Under the pieces are notes generated by a model. That model had not been told where the DNA came from and ran no database searches. It was given only the letters and a program-made list of their open reading frames with translations. A stretch of 63,269 nucleotides of DNA, filler included, from Intoshia linei (lineage: Eukaryota > Animalia > Orthonectida): the NCBI GenBank assembly GCA_001642005.1. It is 5 parts of 5 records of this genome, joined end to end, with 100 filler letters (N's around TTAATTAATTAA, not from the genome) between each part and the next. Parts side by side here need not be neighbours in the genome. Positions count along the whole stretch, not along the records: positions 1 to 14,334 come from LWCA01000966.1; positions 14,435 to 31,323 come from LWCA01000829.1; 3 more parts are not named here. One strand, written 5' to 3'. Of the stretch, positions 12,815 to 26,300 are shown one piece after another; position 1 is the stretch's first letter; each line of letters begins with the position of its first letter. The translations under genes were made by a program, and so were the position numbers.

Positions 12815-13143
12815 AAAATAAACTTCATAACTAAACTAAATATACTAAATTGAATTGGATAAAAAATATTCCCAGGTGTGAACACCATAGAATATTTTCA
12901 TTTTTTTTTGTAATATGGTTTGTAGGTATAATATGGTATCTTAATATTTCAGTTTTAACTTGGGTCTGTAGTTTAAATTAAATGAACTATTTAAGGTAAT
13001 TATAACTAGTTAATGAATTATTTAATTTAAACTTAAACAAAATAAATACAATCTTTTGATTTACGATATTGTGAACGGACACGTTATATTATAATACATT
13101 ATGTATTTCATTTGTACTATTAATAGAGTATACATTTGTATAT

Positions 13144-13423
13144 CAGAGTTGGACAACCAGTGGCCCACAAAATAATTTTGGTGGTCCTTTGAGTAAATAC
13201 ATTTTTATGTATGTAAATTATTTATTTTTAAAGGTTTTAACTTTTAAACACAGTCTTAAGCATTTTCTAATATAATCATTTTAATATTTTATTGAATATA
13301 CTAGAACCGTTTCTGTTCAGTTAAAATTGAAATATATCATGTGTAAATTTTCAAAAACGATACCCGTGGAATTTTTTGATATAAAAAAGTGACCCACGAG
13401 GTGCAAAAAGTTGCCGACCCCTG
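13144..13423. mobile_element. hAT-type MITE
   Basis: cagagttggacaac ... gttgccgacccctg TIRs with a degenerate 8-bp TSD; a related copy lies at about 45100-45302. Confidence 0.6.
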
Positions 13424-14334
13424 GTTTATAATTTTTTATTTTAAAATTAAATTAAATTAAATTTTTTAATTTATGAAAAGGCATTTATATTATAATCAGT
13501 GGCGACTCTCCAACTCGGGCTACTCGGGCAAAGCTTGAATTGATATTTTTATATTTTTTTAAAAATTAGAAAAATATTAAAAAAAATAAAATATTTAATA
13601 TTTTCGAGTTTAAATTTCTTAATAATTGTTAAATGAATTTCTAATTTGTAAATGTGGACACAATTATATATTCAGAGTCTGAAATTCAGAAAAGATTATT
13701 CATTTGACAATCACTTGTAAGCGAAATATTTGCATAAATGTTTAAATCAATTTAAATACATACATATATACTGTACCCCCTAGGGGTACCAGTTTGTCTC
13801 ACCCTATGACTCACAAAATATGATTCATAAATTATAAATATTTTTAAAATTTCATAATATATTTATGTATCTATTTTTGATGAAGTAGAGTTCAACTAAC
13901 TATTTATTTTATTTGATTTTTTTTAATTCATATGGTATCATAGTTACAATAAACATACATTATTATGGAGTACCAAATTATATTTTTTTTAGTTTAGGGC
14001 AGTGGTTCTTAACCGGGGGTGCATAATCAATTTTTGGGGTGCACAGAGCTATTTTCATTTTTTTTAATACATTAATAAAATAATTAGTTAAAAATTAATT
14101 ATTTTTCTAAATGAGTGAAATTACATAGTTGATATTTTTATTATCAACAAAAAGATTTCAATGTAAGACATAATTTCATCTTGGTAATACTTATTAAGTT
14201 AAGTTAATAATTAACGCTCATTGAATTTATTCACAATCATTAAAGTATTTAATAATTAAATTAATTTTGTATTTTTAAAATTTTTTAAGGTATACAAATT
14301 ATGTATTTTAATATATAAATTATCATAGAGTTTT

Positions 14335-14434
14335 NNNNNNNNNNNNNNNNNNNNNNNNNNNNNNNNNNNNNNNNNNNNTTAATTAATTAANNNNNNNNNN
14401 NNNNNNNNNNNNNNNNNNNNNNNNNNNNNNNNNN
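14335..14434. other. Assembly gap with artificial six-frame-stop linker
   Basis: 44 N + TTAATTAATTAA + 44 N. The same structure occurs at 31324-31423, 50427-50526 and 61800-61899, and a plain N run sits at 48435-48463. Confidence 0.95.
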
Positions 14435-15279
14435 TTCAACTCCAGAAATCTACGCATTCCCGGTAAAAAATAATTTTTAATATATTATAAGCAATATTTT
14501 AATGTAAATCGATTAAAATCAAAAATTGAAAATGTAAATATTGATCCTACAATTTCAAAAAAAGTGCAATTGGTACGTCTACACATTTCCAATAAAGACA
14601 TATGGGTGAAAATCTATATAAATTATTCCTTCGGAATTTTTTTTATTGCTACGCAATTTTTAAATTTCAAATTTTCATTTTCAAAACATTTTTGTTAAAA
14701 CATTCAAATTTAAATAAGAAACTAAACAACGAAACTAAAAAAACTTTGTTAATATCATTTTTATATTACAATCGTTTGAATAATGGTAAAATTCGACTGA
14801 AATGGTTATAAAGTGAAGATTCAGTTAATTATTGATAACAATTGGTATTTTTAAGTATTTATTAAATTGGTACTGAATATATGTCATCACATTGAAAATG
14901 ACAAAATAGATTTTTATAATTTTATTTTTTCTGGATTTTATGCTATTGATGACAATTTTTAGGATTGGATTGTTTTTACTTTATTTTTAATATTATAGAC
15001 ACATTCTGTCTAATAAATTAAAAAAATAAGATAACAATTGTTTGTAAAATTCTTTACGCAAATGTTAACAAAAAAATAAGATGGAATAATTCACTTTAAA
15101 GTAAAAAGTAATGTGATATGATGGTGACACCTGAAACAAATTTGGAAACCACTCCTTTAAATGATTGATAATAGTGAATAGTAGGATTTTTAACGTGAAT
15201 TTATTTTTTTGGTAGAATAAAAATGTGCTTTCTCCAGAGCTAGGTGCTGTTTGTACGTAGTACATAACAGTCAACCTAG
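14435..15279 (+). mobile_element. Non-autonomous Helitron, 5' end lost in the gap
   Basis: Near-identical to the 5700-6641 and 11060-11540 segments; hairpin plus CTAG|T at 15276-15279. Confidence 0.85.
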
Positions 15280-16060
15280 TGAATTAGACTTCATTATTAT
15301 TCATGAAACTGAAAATAGAAAAAATCTTTAATATTTAGATGAATTCATTTTAAAAAGGGTCACACCTACTTTCTTATATAATTGAATGTCAATCTAGAAC
15401 ACTTATACGTAATCGACACTTACTAAGTACTTTGAAAAACGTATATTACTTAAACTGAAATACTAGAAAAAAACTGGTATTTTGTAAGACGCTTATACAA
15501 TTTGTTTAGACTCAACTTTAGTCCAAAATAATGGAAGTTGATGTACAGTGGAAATTTGATTCTGAAAACACTTGTTAATACATACAGCAAATACTAAATT
15601 TAACCTTATATTTCAAGATAAAATAAAAACTTCACATTGAATTAATATAGAGTATTGTGTATAAAATAGAGTAATCTATGCTAAAATAATTTAATTTTAT
15701 TTTTCAAAAAACTGCTTATTTATTGTTTACTGTACTGAATAAATTATGTAAAAGCAAAAATCAAATAATCCAACACTTGTTCAACATGACACTTAATAAT
15801 AGTTTATATACCGATAATGGTATAATATATTATTGAATCAATGTTGATTTATGTCAATTTTAATTATTTTAAAAGTAAAACCAGTATTACACTTTAAATA
15901 ATTAATAAAAATTGATCTACATTGTACATCCCAAGAAAATAATGTAAAAATTATGTATTAAAATATCGATCAAATAAAAAATCAATTTTATTAAAGTTAA
16001 AATTTACAATTTTCGTACTATATTTAATATTATATAAATAAATGAATTTTTTAATATAAA

Positions 16061-17324
16061 ATGGACTATTTGTACATATTGTTATCTATTATAATATCAA
16101 TAATTATACCACTTTCAATATTATTAAATTTGACAGTTATTTTGGTGATTATTAAGAACCAAATCCTCAAAACTAGATTCAATAGATACATCATCTCACT
16201 ATCGGTATTAAACATTATATTCTCAATTATATCAATGTCATCATTGCTCTTAAAATACACATATGGTAAGTTAATTTATTATATATGTAACTTAAATTTT
16301 AGAAATTTCATATTCAAATGATAAAATGTTATTTGTGATTGTACATTTTCTCGACAATTTTAACACGATTTGTTATTTGATACACATGCTCAGTATTTCT
16401 TTATATAGACTTGAAGCAATATCAAAAATTAAAGCGTACATGTCGCGTATTTGCCGTTTCTGTGAGATATACCAAAGTATAGTATTCATTTGGTCAAGCT
16501 CAATAATTATTTCGTTATTCAGCCTGATATTTTTTATCAATTATTTCCTACCCATCAAAACAACACACATACTCTTGAATTACCAATTTGGAAATGTGAC
16601 CTATTCAGAAAACCAAATCAACGCTGAATATTATAAAATTGTCACCAACACATGCTTAAGTTGGTACTTGCCAATTAATATGACCTATACCATTATTGTT
16701 TATATATTCATTTTCTATATACCATTTTTCTTGATATTTACTACTCACATTATTTCGATATATTATTTAAAAAAAGAAATGGTTAATTCTGAAAATTCTT
16801 TAAAGAAAATGAAAATATACAACCTGAAAGGTAAAAGAAGTGGGCAACATTCCTATAACATAAACAATATGAAAGTGACATCAATGACTTATGAATTTAA
16901 ACAAGCTAGAAGAATACTCAGTGCAATAGACAGATTAAATAGTATGTATGTAAACAATAGATCAAGATATGTCTCGAGATTGACAGATCATTTATTCGTT
17001 AACCATCTTAAAGGTCAAAGACGTTATTCTTCAAATTTAGATATTTTCTGCTTACCAGTCATCAAAGTTCAAAAAAGAGTCAAGCCTAATTCATCTATAA
17101 TGTTTAGTTCACTATTTTTTATATTTTCTAGTCTTGTCTACTTTCCATACTATAATGTACTGCTTGTGTGGAAATTGTGCGAAAAGTGTGTCAACTTTAC
17201 TCTTGTATCCCACATTGAATTATTAAGAATATTAATCAATTTTAATACAATTTTTGGACCTTTGCTTTTTGCTATTACGAGCAAACGATTTAGAAGATTT
17301 TTTAAATTACACATTGGAATGTGA
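16061..17324 (+). CDS. Class A GPCR, biogenic-amine-receptor-like, 408 aa, exons 16061-16265 and 16303-17324
   Basis: A 37-nt GT-AG intron joins the two ORFs in frame, giving seven hydrophobic helices. TM3 DNFNTICYLIHMLSISLYRL aligns gaplessly to DVLCCTASILNLCAISLDRY. Also present: TM4 W, TM5 FYIP, TM6 YFPY, ECL3 CEKC and helix 8 KRFRRFF. Confidence 0.9.
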
Positions 17325-17524
17325 TTGTCTGACAATATTATGACAAGTATTATTTCTTGTTTAATTAAATATTATATTTTATTTTCATCAGTTTCCAATT
17401 CAATTGTACACTAGCTTGACTGTCGTATAGTTTGTAGTACAAAAAATATCTAACTCTTCGCAGGAGAATTTTTTAATTCTACCAAATATTATCATTATGA
17501 TTTTTAGAACTATCCCAGTATTTA

Positions 17525-18500
17525 TCCTAACATATATAATATGGTACGCGATTTTTGTTTGTGTGACTTTATTGACATAACTACCACTCTTAGAATTTTT
17601 TAAAGATCACATTTCAACTACAGTTTTTTCCGGGATATATAAGATACATTTCAACCTCCCAACTTCACATCTTACGGGTCAAAAACCCCTGTTGTTTCCT
17701 TTTTTGAAAATCATAAACATTATTATAAATTTAAATTAAAAAAATTATATCTTCAGGGCCAAAACTACAAATTATCCTTCTTTTTTAATGAAAACAGCCC
17801 TAGAATTTAAAAAAATTTACAGGTTGTACAGTTGTATCCTGTTAACACACACAGAAAATTTCAATCCGAATAAGTGACAACTTCACGGTCAAAAAAATAT
17901 TTTAGTATTCATATATTTTTTTCCGAAATATTTTATTAAAACAAAAAATGTGTGAATAATTTACTATCCGAAAATTAAACTAAAAAAATCATTCTGATAG
18001 AGCTTATTCCAGTTGATATAAATACAAAATTTCAACTCCAGAAATCTATGCATTTTCGGTAAAAAATAATTTTTAATATATTATTAATCAATATTTTTCA
18101 AATATTTCGATTAAAATAAAAATGAAAATGCAAATTGATCCTACAATTTTAAAAATAAAGTGCGATTGTACGTCTACACATTTTCAATAAAGAAATATGG
18201 ATGAAAATCTATATAATTCATTTCTTCGGAATTTTTTTTATTGCTATGCAATTTTTAAATTTCAAATTTTCATTTTCAAAACATTTTGTATAAACTTTAC
18301 TTAAATTTTAACATTACAGCAACGTATTTATAAAATAAATACAATGTAAAACAATAACTCATTGTTTGAAAATGCCAAAAAAAAGTAACATTCACAAGAA
18401 AAAAGGCCAAAAGTATGAAGATGAGACGTCTGAATGAGTCTCAAGAAGATCATGATATCAGAACAATTGAGTATAACAATTAAGAATTTAAATAATAATT
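17525..18500 (+). mobile_element. Non-autonomous Helitron 5' portion with a RepHel-like ORF start; an inverted Helitron 3' end lies at about 17411-17470
   Basis: A|TCctaacatatataatatgg plus a tgtgtg tract, colinear with 10498-11300. A peptide remnant MPKKSN...KSMKMRRLNESQEDHDIR starts at 18372. Confidence 0.8.
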
Positions 18501-20681
18501 GTTATTTAATTAATCAAAGGTTTACCAACATTAAGTTATTTTCAACCCGACTTTTTGAGCGAAGCGCCATATAGTGAAGCGTAGCGTGTTATGCAATTTC
18601 GCCGTATGCGAAATTTTAGAGGCTCTCTTTTTCAAAAAATAATAACAGTTTATACACAATTTTTATTGCAAATTTCAAAATGAATACTTTAAATTTTTCA
18701 TAACATAGCCCATTTCAAAATGACTTCATGATGAATACTTTAGAAAAAAAAAAACAAAATATGTGTGTCTCCAAGTAATGAAATAAAATTAACTGCTAAC
18801 ATGGAATTTCATTGAAGTTGTAAGTTTCTGATGTTTGAGATTTATTCATTTGACGACAATGATTAAAACGCGTCACAGGATTTAAAATTATAGTATTGCT
18901 GTATTTTTAAAAAAAGGTTAATTTGGATTTGTGTGCCTAACGAACTAAATTTCTGTTAAATGTCAATCTTGAAAAATACTGTATTAGAAATTAGGTTATT
19001 TTAAATTCTAGAACTTTTAATTTTTTAAAATAGTTTAAGCAAATAGTAAAATACAGTAAACTATTCATATAAAATAAAAATGAATACTAATGTTTTGCTA
19101 CATTTTCTGATTTCTAGAAAAATAGGTATGAAAAACTTGAATAGATTTGTAATGGATCGAAGAGATCAAGCTGATTAAAGACGATATTCAATTAAATATT
19201 TAATTAGCATTACAATTGTTGTATTCTTCAGTTGATTTGATAATAAAGTGAACAGTGTCTCTAGATACCAGAGCGTTATTGTTACAAGATTACTTAGTTG
19301 GAGTACAATAATATTATGTAATGAAATGAATAAAGTTATTTTAAAATTGCAATTTCAGACGTAACCAAGCTGCTTGGCGCATTTGTAAATTGTTTAAAAA
19401 GAAATTGAATTTTATTTATTTTATTTGAATTGTACTTGTTTAATTTTCTCCAAGATTAAAAGTTATGGGTAATTTTTATGTGATTTATGTTATGAAATTT
19501 TATTCTATGTATTATTTAACCTAGTAGTGATAAAAAACTTTAAATTGAGCTATTTTAACCAAATTATTTTTAGTTTAATTATATATACGCCTCCCAGAAA
19601 TTTTGCAATTCATATAAGCCTGTCTAAATTATTATATAAATTTTTGAATTTTTTATATGTGATACAGATTCACAAGACCGTCAGTGAAAAAAAAATTTAA
19701 AAAATAAATCTCATTATTTTAATAATGATTTTAATACTGCATTTTCAGATCGCCCTGGATTTTATTTTATTTAATATATTAAAACCGCTTCACTTCAGTC
19801 AAAAATGAAACATATTATGTGTAATTTTCAAAAACGGAACCAATTAATTTTCACGTAATTTTTTGCCATAAAAAATTGGCCCACTTAATGCTATTATATA
19901 CGAGACCTGGGCATTATACGGTGTTATAGTAAAAAATGCGGCTAGCTAAAATTATATTGATTCAGGGAGTAAAAATTGTACCTTTCAAAATAAATAAATA
20001 TTATTTTAATTATTATTATTTTAAAAGTTTAATTTATAAAGTCATTAAATGTTTAGATTCCCACATATAAACTAATACATATCCAATTTTATCGAATATT
20101 CAATGTATACACCCCCGTATTTAAATAATGTATAATTATAGTTATTTTAAATGGATTAATTTAATTTTAATTTAATTTAATTTAATAATTTTGGAACTAA
20201 TGACTATCAAATGTAATGGTTTAACAGAGTTTAAGTTTAATTAATGCTAAATTTTATTGTAATTTGTAACTAATTTACAATTTAATTTTGAAAACAAAAA
20301 ATAAGTTTCTCGGTTCGGTTATAATTTTTTTTAAATTCTACTGTCTTTTATCGATTATAAGAAGTCTTCTTACATTCTAGAGTAGAAGGATTCCATTCTA
20401 CATAGACAGTCGAATCTATATAACCGATATACTCTTCGGTCTTGTTTTTAATAATTGGATAATTATATTGTAATACATAAATATGTAGCATCTTGTGAAA
20501 ATGACTACTATAATCCAGTTTGTAACTAGAAATAAGACTAATATTGTAGTTTGTTTTGTTATACTTTTAAATCTTATAATATAAGGTTTAGTTGCTTTTT
20601 TATTATACAAGTTTATACATCAACAGTATAAATTAAATTAAACTCGTGTATATAATTTTTTTAATTTTTAAATTATTATAG

Positions 20682-22723
20682 AATCAACAAGTAAGTCAAT
20701 TTCATTATCAAACGGATCTGACAATATAAAAATTAAAGAAAGTTACAATTCAATGCAATTTTGGGGTATTTTGAATTATTTAATTTGTAACGTGTTTATT
20801 TATTTAAAATTCTTGTAGGTTGTGAACTAAATTCTGACAAAACCAGAGAAACCTGGACGGATGTAAATGAAAAGAGTAATGAATATTTGAAAATCAACCA
20901 AAGAGCTTTGTCCATCAAATCTGTACATTTGAAAAATGTAAATTTTCAATTTATATTATAGTGTGTGTTGGGGCCTGGCGCAATCCCTGATCAAAGAAAT
21001 GTAATTGGAATAGAAACTTATAATTTTGACAAGGGTTTAATTAAACAACCCATTTTGTCACTAACTTTGGGGAAAAACGATATGGTATAATTATAAATTG
21101 TTAAAATTTAAATTAAAACTTTTTAGATCAGCTTAGATTTAGGTTTTGCTCCTTCTCATCCAGTCGATTTTATTTTGATGGCTGGAGATGGTCCAGTCTT
21201 TTTGGGCGGGGAAGAATATATTGGTACTTTATATTCACATTTTTCAATTTTAAATATTGTATACTAACTATATTAGATTTGGACTTTACAAATGAAGATC
21301 TGCAAGATGAACATAAAATTAAAAAACGAATTGAAGAGAAAAAGGTGCGTTATTTAATTTAAGTATACCAGAAAGATAATTTAAATTAAATTAGTCAAAT
21401 TGTATTTAATCTTAGGTTAGAAAATATACATAATATTAATAAATAAATAACAGTAATGATAATATTAATAGTAATAATGGATTATTTATTAAGTGTCTTT
21501 TAATTAGACTCTTCGTCGCAGATTTATAAGGTAACATTTTTGGTAATTATTTACTTTTTGAATTAATGTTAACGTTAATTGACAAAATTTAAATTTTTCA
21601 TATAGGTTATTAAATGCCCCAGCGTCGAAGAGTCAAATTGACAAAGATGCGAACACGATATATTTATTATTAACATATGCATGTAAATAAATTTTGTAAA
21701 TATTTATCTTTGTGGAATTTATATTTTTTTAATATTGTCACATCATTTTGCAAATGCTCGATAATTTTATCAATTTTTTTTGTCAAGGTCGAAATGATTA
21801 ATTTTTTTAAATTATCATCAAATTTAGATTAATTAATTAATATTTTATATCAAAATTCGACAGAACTTTGTCTTTTTGTCTGGATAACAATGAATTTTTC
21901 TGCATACTTTAAAAATATTTGCTACTACAGTTGTCCTTGATGCAAAGAAAACCTTTCAAAATGGTGTACCTAGTTTTTTAATAAAATTTTCGTTTTGTTA
22001 TTATTCCAAATGTATTTCTAGCTAAACTAGAGAGAACACTGTACTTTAATAGTATTGATAAAATGTAATAATATTTAAAATTAAAACAAAATTATTAAAA
22101 AAGCTGTTATTTCAGCTTACTAAAAAATAATAGACAAATTTCTACCATACAATATTCAATTTTTCATATTAAAAGTGGCATATCAATGATTGTATCTTTC
22201 CTAAACATTAAATATAGCGCCGAAAAGAAGAAAACGAGGAGAATGGAGAAAGTGTAGATATGGAAGAGGTAAAACTTTATATTTAATAACTAACCAATTA
22301 ATAGGAGGACGACGAAATGGAAGAAGGTTCAGATGAAGACGGACAACCAAAGTAATTGGATATGAAATTTAATTAAAAATATTGTAGTGTACAGGGGTTC
22401 CCAGCATTTTTATACTTTCAAATCGGCCAACTGATGATGCACAGTATTGCATGTACTATCCGCTTGAATTTGTGAAGGGCTAATATGGTCCATTGGGAAC
22501 CACTGGTATGCAATCATAGTGTATTTTTAATTACTATATTTATATTTTTTTTAGAAAAAAATTAAAGAAAAAAGATGTTAATGCAAAGGTACTCTTTTAA
22601 TTTTTATGTTTATATTTTTTTAGAAAATAGTTCATAAAAAGGTATTTTAGATGTGTTTATTTTTTAGAAATAATATATTTTTAGTCCACTATTAGAGTTT
22701 CATCTCGAAAACAAAAGAAATAA
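20682..22723 (+). CDS. Nucleoplasmin-like (NPL domain) histone chaperone, multi-exon; start possibly at ATG 20200
   Basis: Reads QFWGCELNSDK ... LSIKSCVLGPGAIPDQRNVIGIET ... PILSLTLGKNDMISLDLGF..PVDFILMAGDGPVFLGGEEY, then an acidic tract EEEDDEMEEGSDED and a basic tail. Stop TAA at 22721-22723. Confidence 0.85.
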
Positions 22724-23394
22724 TTTTTTATATTTATTACATTTTTTTTCATCTTTATTTTTTCAGCGTTTAAAAAAGTTTAATTATATATTTATTGTTG
22801 GTTTGTATTTCTTATTGCCAATTTTCACAATATTAATCAATAGTGAAACGAGTTTGGGGATCACTTCTTTAATGATTGGTAATAAATTGAGTCCTTCAAG
22901 ATCAAAAACGCAATTTTTCCGTTATTTAAATTCAAACCGTCCTAGAATTATAAAAAATACTCAATCTGAATAAGATTTTAGATTCATCAACATTATGATA
23001 ATTTTCTATTTGAAAATGTTCACAATCAAAATCCACTTTTTTTTATTTTATTGCCTTTAAAAATAATTTCTCGGTAAGACACTTTTGCGAAATTTTATGA
23101 ATATGGCCAACCATTTACAAAGTTGAGAATTTAAAAAAAAATTTATTTTGGGTCTAATTTATCTATCATCACTCTTGAAAAAATTTATTCGAAATTGGGG
23201 TTTATATTATTATTCTAGGACTGTTCATTTTTTAATTAAACGGTAACACACATTCAATTTAATAGAGTAAAGATAAATGTATTAGTAAAGTATAATATTG
23301 TCTACTGTAATCGATTAGTACCATACATTTATGAAAAATAAATCATTGAACAGCCCTTGTAAAATATAGATTTAATTTACACAACAGGAAACAA

Positions 23395-26300
23395 TCATTC
23401 GTTTATTTGTTCTTCAGCTTCTTCGGTTTCATTTTCTACTTTTTGTAATTCCTAAAGTATTTAAATTAATAATACCTTCAAATATATAGAGTAGATGACA
23501 AAGAATTCTACTAATGGGTTAATTATGTAAGAAGTATGGTTTACAATGATCTATACTATAGTCATCGGGAAATGTAGTCATTATTGTATAACCAAAATTT
23601 AAGGATGGGTTTTTAAATGGATTTATGTATACGATTAAAACAAATTTTGGCATGGCTAAATATAACATAAAAATGTAATACAAAGATTAATATTATCTAA
23701 ATCTAATCTCGTCACCAAAAATCAAAAATTAAAATTAAATTAATCAACAAAAGTTACTTAGAGGGGATGATATTAACAGATTGGAAACTGCAAAAATTTA
23801 ATTTTTAAAATTAAAAAATCCCATTTAAACGTAACAATTGTTTGTTATGTGTATCAAATTTAAGAAAAAATTACCGCTGTTCTCTGTTCTTGAATTTCTT
23901 GAGCTTCTATCCGCTCTTCTCGAGTGTACCTAAATTAAAGTTAAATTACTTAAACTAAACCTACCCAGTATAATTTTTTTTCAACCGATTGGTTACGTCA
24001 TCATTAAGTAAAAAGTTTTAGCTCATGTGTAAACTTTCCCGGTAAAACATATTCCACCATCTAGTAGCGGATCTAGATGGTGTGCACGGGCGGCCGCCCC
24101 CTGGCATGACAAATATGCCCTAAAATTTTTTAATTTGTGTATTAACATTATGAATAATTTAAAAAATTTCTAGGACATATCGTTTACGTTTTATGTATAT
24201 AACACTAGACAACACTGAAAAATACATCTGCATAAAAATAATACCATATTGTGGATAATCTAGCGCTGATTTTAATGATATAATATATTTATAAGTTTTA
24301 GTTCATATAACCCATTTATTAACACTTAATGTTTTAAAAAATATAACAAAGTTTCACTTCAATTCTAAAATTGACCAATTATATCATTTAAAATAATGTT
24401 TACTTTAAAAAAGGTGAAGTTTTTTAAGTTTGAATAATTATTTATTAATATTAAAATGCATGTCTACGAAATAAACGAAACATATTATTGCTTTTCATGT
24501 GGTATATATTTGCCAAACACTAAAAAATGTTACTCTATAACTGATAAATGTAAAAATTTGATAATGCAAATATACAGTTTAATACACGAGAATCAACTTT
24601 GAAATCCCTCAAATCTATACCAAAGGTGCCATTCGTCTATAATGAGATTTAAAAGGGGATTTGTGACACCTAGAATATGGAAACATTTAGAAAGTGCGAA
24701 TGACTGCTATTTCTGTATTCTGAAAAGAAGAAAACAAATAAATTAAGTCTTTACTCTTATCCGGCAACCAAAACTTTACCAATTCTAATGGAAATATATA
24801 ATTTAATTTCATCATCTCAAGAAACAGTTGTTTCAATGTATACTGAGGAATCTCAAAATCAACCAATTATTATTACAGAAAAAAATTAAATTTATTAATA
24901 TATTTTTTTTAATTATCAATAGCTAAAAATATCGAACTAAATCTTTTCCGTAAATTTGGATTTAGACACTATAATGTATTGTTAAAAGGTTCATTATAGC
25001 TTATATCATATGTTCATCCTGTTAAAACGCCTATTGTCAGTTAAATTTTTGTACACCTGTAATTTATTTAATATTCATTTCTTTTTAATTTAAATGTGAT
25101 CATGTAATTATCCGCTATCAATTCCATATATATTGAAAAAAAAATTTAAATATCTCATTATATACTATAATTAAATTAAAAATTAAGAAACTAAAATTAA
25201 TTGAAATAGCTTAGTTGCTAAGATGTTGTAAATCATTATTTTATGTTAGCGACCTGTAAAATTAAAAAGAGAAGTATCATGTTGATCAGGAAAATTTCAG
25301 CTTTTTATTTGTATGGGTCTTATGCAGATCCTCGAAAAAAGTTTTCATTTTGTTGTCTAGTGTAATGATCATTTGTTATGCTTTTTTATAACATCGGTTT
25401 AAGTTAAATTATCGGACTCAACGTTGTTTATAATCGAAATAGAACTTGCCGAAAATGTCGGTTTTGATGCAGTTGAATGTTCAACATTGAAAAATTTAGT
25501 AGAATAAAAACTAGAAAAAAAATATACATTATTATTATACATAGAAATAGTTAATAAACATAATAAAAATTGCAATTTAAATACATTATATGCTTTTGGC
25601 CCCTTAATAATTATTTCGCCCCCCTGGCTGAAAATCCTAGATCCGCCACTGCTACAATCTCAAAATCTTTGAATATTAGTATAGATATCCAAGAATTTTA
25701 ATCATTCATTTTAAAAAATGTTAAGAGATGTGTGATGTGTAATGTTAAGGGAATAAAAACCGAACTGTAATAAGAGAAGAGTAATATTTGAAGAGTCCTT
25801 TAAAAACAATATAAATTCTTAATCTTTTCACCAGAGTTAGGCAACAAATTTTAGATTTTGAAATTTTGAGGAATCAGATCCGATTACCATCAAATCCATT
25901 TTATTAAATGTAATTTTGACTGTATCAATTTAAAAGAATCTTGAATTTTTTATATAGTCGACTAAAAACCATTCTACAAGAACTACAATTCAGTAAATGA
26001 AACGTCAAAGCCTTTCAAACAAAAATTTTGGGTTTTTCTGAAAAATAAAAAAATTTAAATTACATTTCTTTATCCAATCGATCCAATTTTCGTAGTAAGA
26101 TTAATGATTCCAATCGATAATCTTCTTCATCATTCACTGGATTATCTGAAATTGATATAATATTAATGAAATGTAGTAAACTAAAATTATGAGTGATTTT
26201 TTGTTTGGTTTTCAATAATACAAGTGTAAATACGTATTTCCAAACAATTTTTGACATACAAATAGTTTAATTTTGTTTTATGACAAATGCGGTTATTTTT

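Noticed and set aside
14335-14434. Perfect TTAATTAATTAA palindrome recurring four times
   Set aside because: It is always centred in 44+44 N, so it is an artificial scaffolding linker with stops in all six frames and not biology.
12673-14434. Apparent truncations of the septin (3'), CA-like gene A (3'), SMG8 and SENP (5') and OGT (5') as natural short forms
   Set aside because: Each missing part points into a nominal 100-bp assembly gap (14335, 31324, 50427, 61800) whose true size is unknown, so missing sequence is the simpler explanation.
14602-15274. Short ORFs such as 6860-7144, 14602-14811, 15065-15274, 26770-26964, 29867-30067, 30353-30562, 47719-48512 and 53308-53517
   Set aside because: They lie in Helitron or MITE sequence and have the low-complexity F/I/K/L/N composition of chance ORFs in AT-rich DNA.
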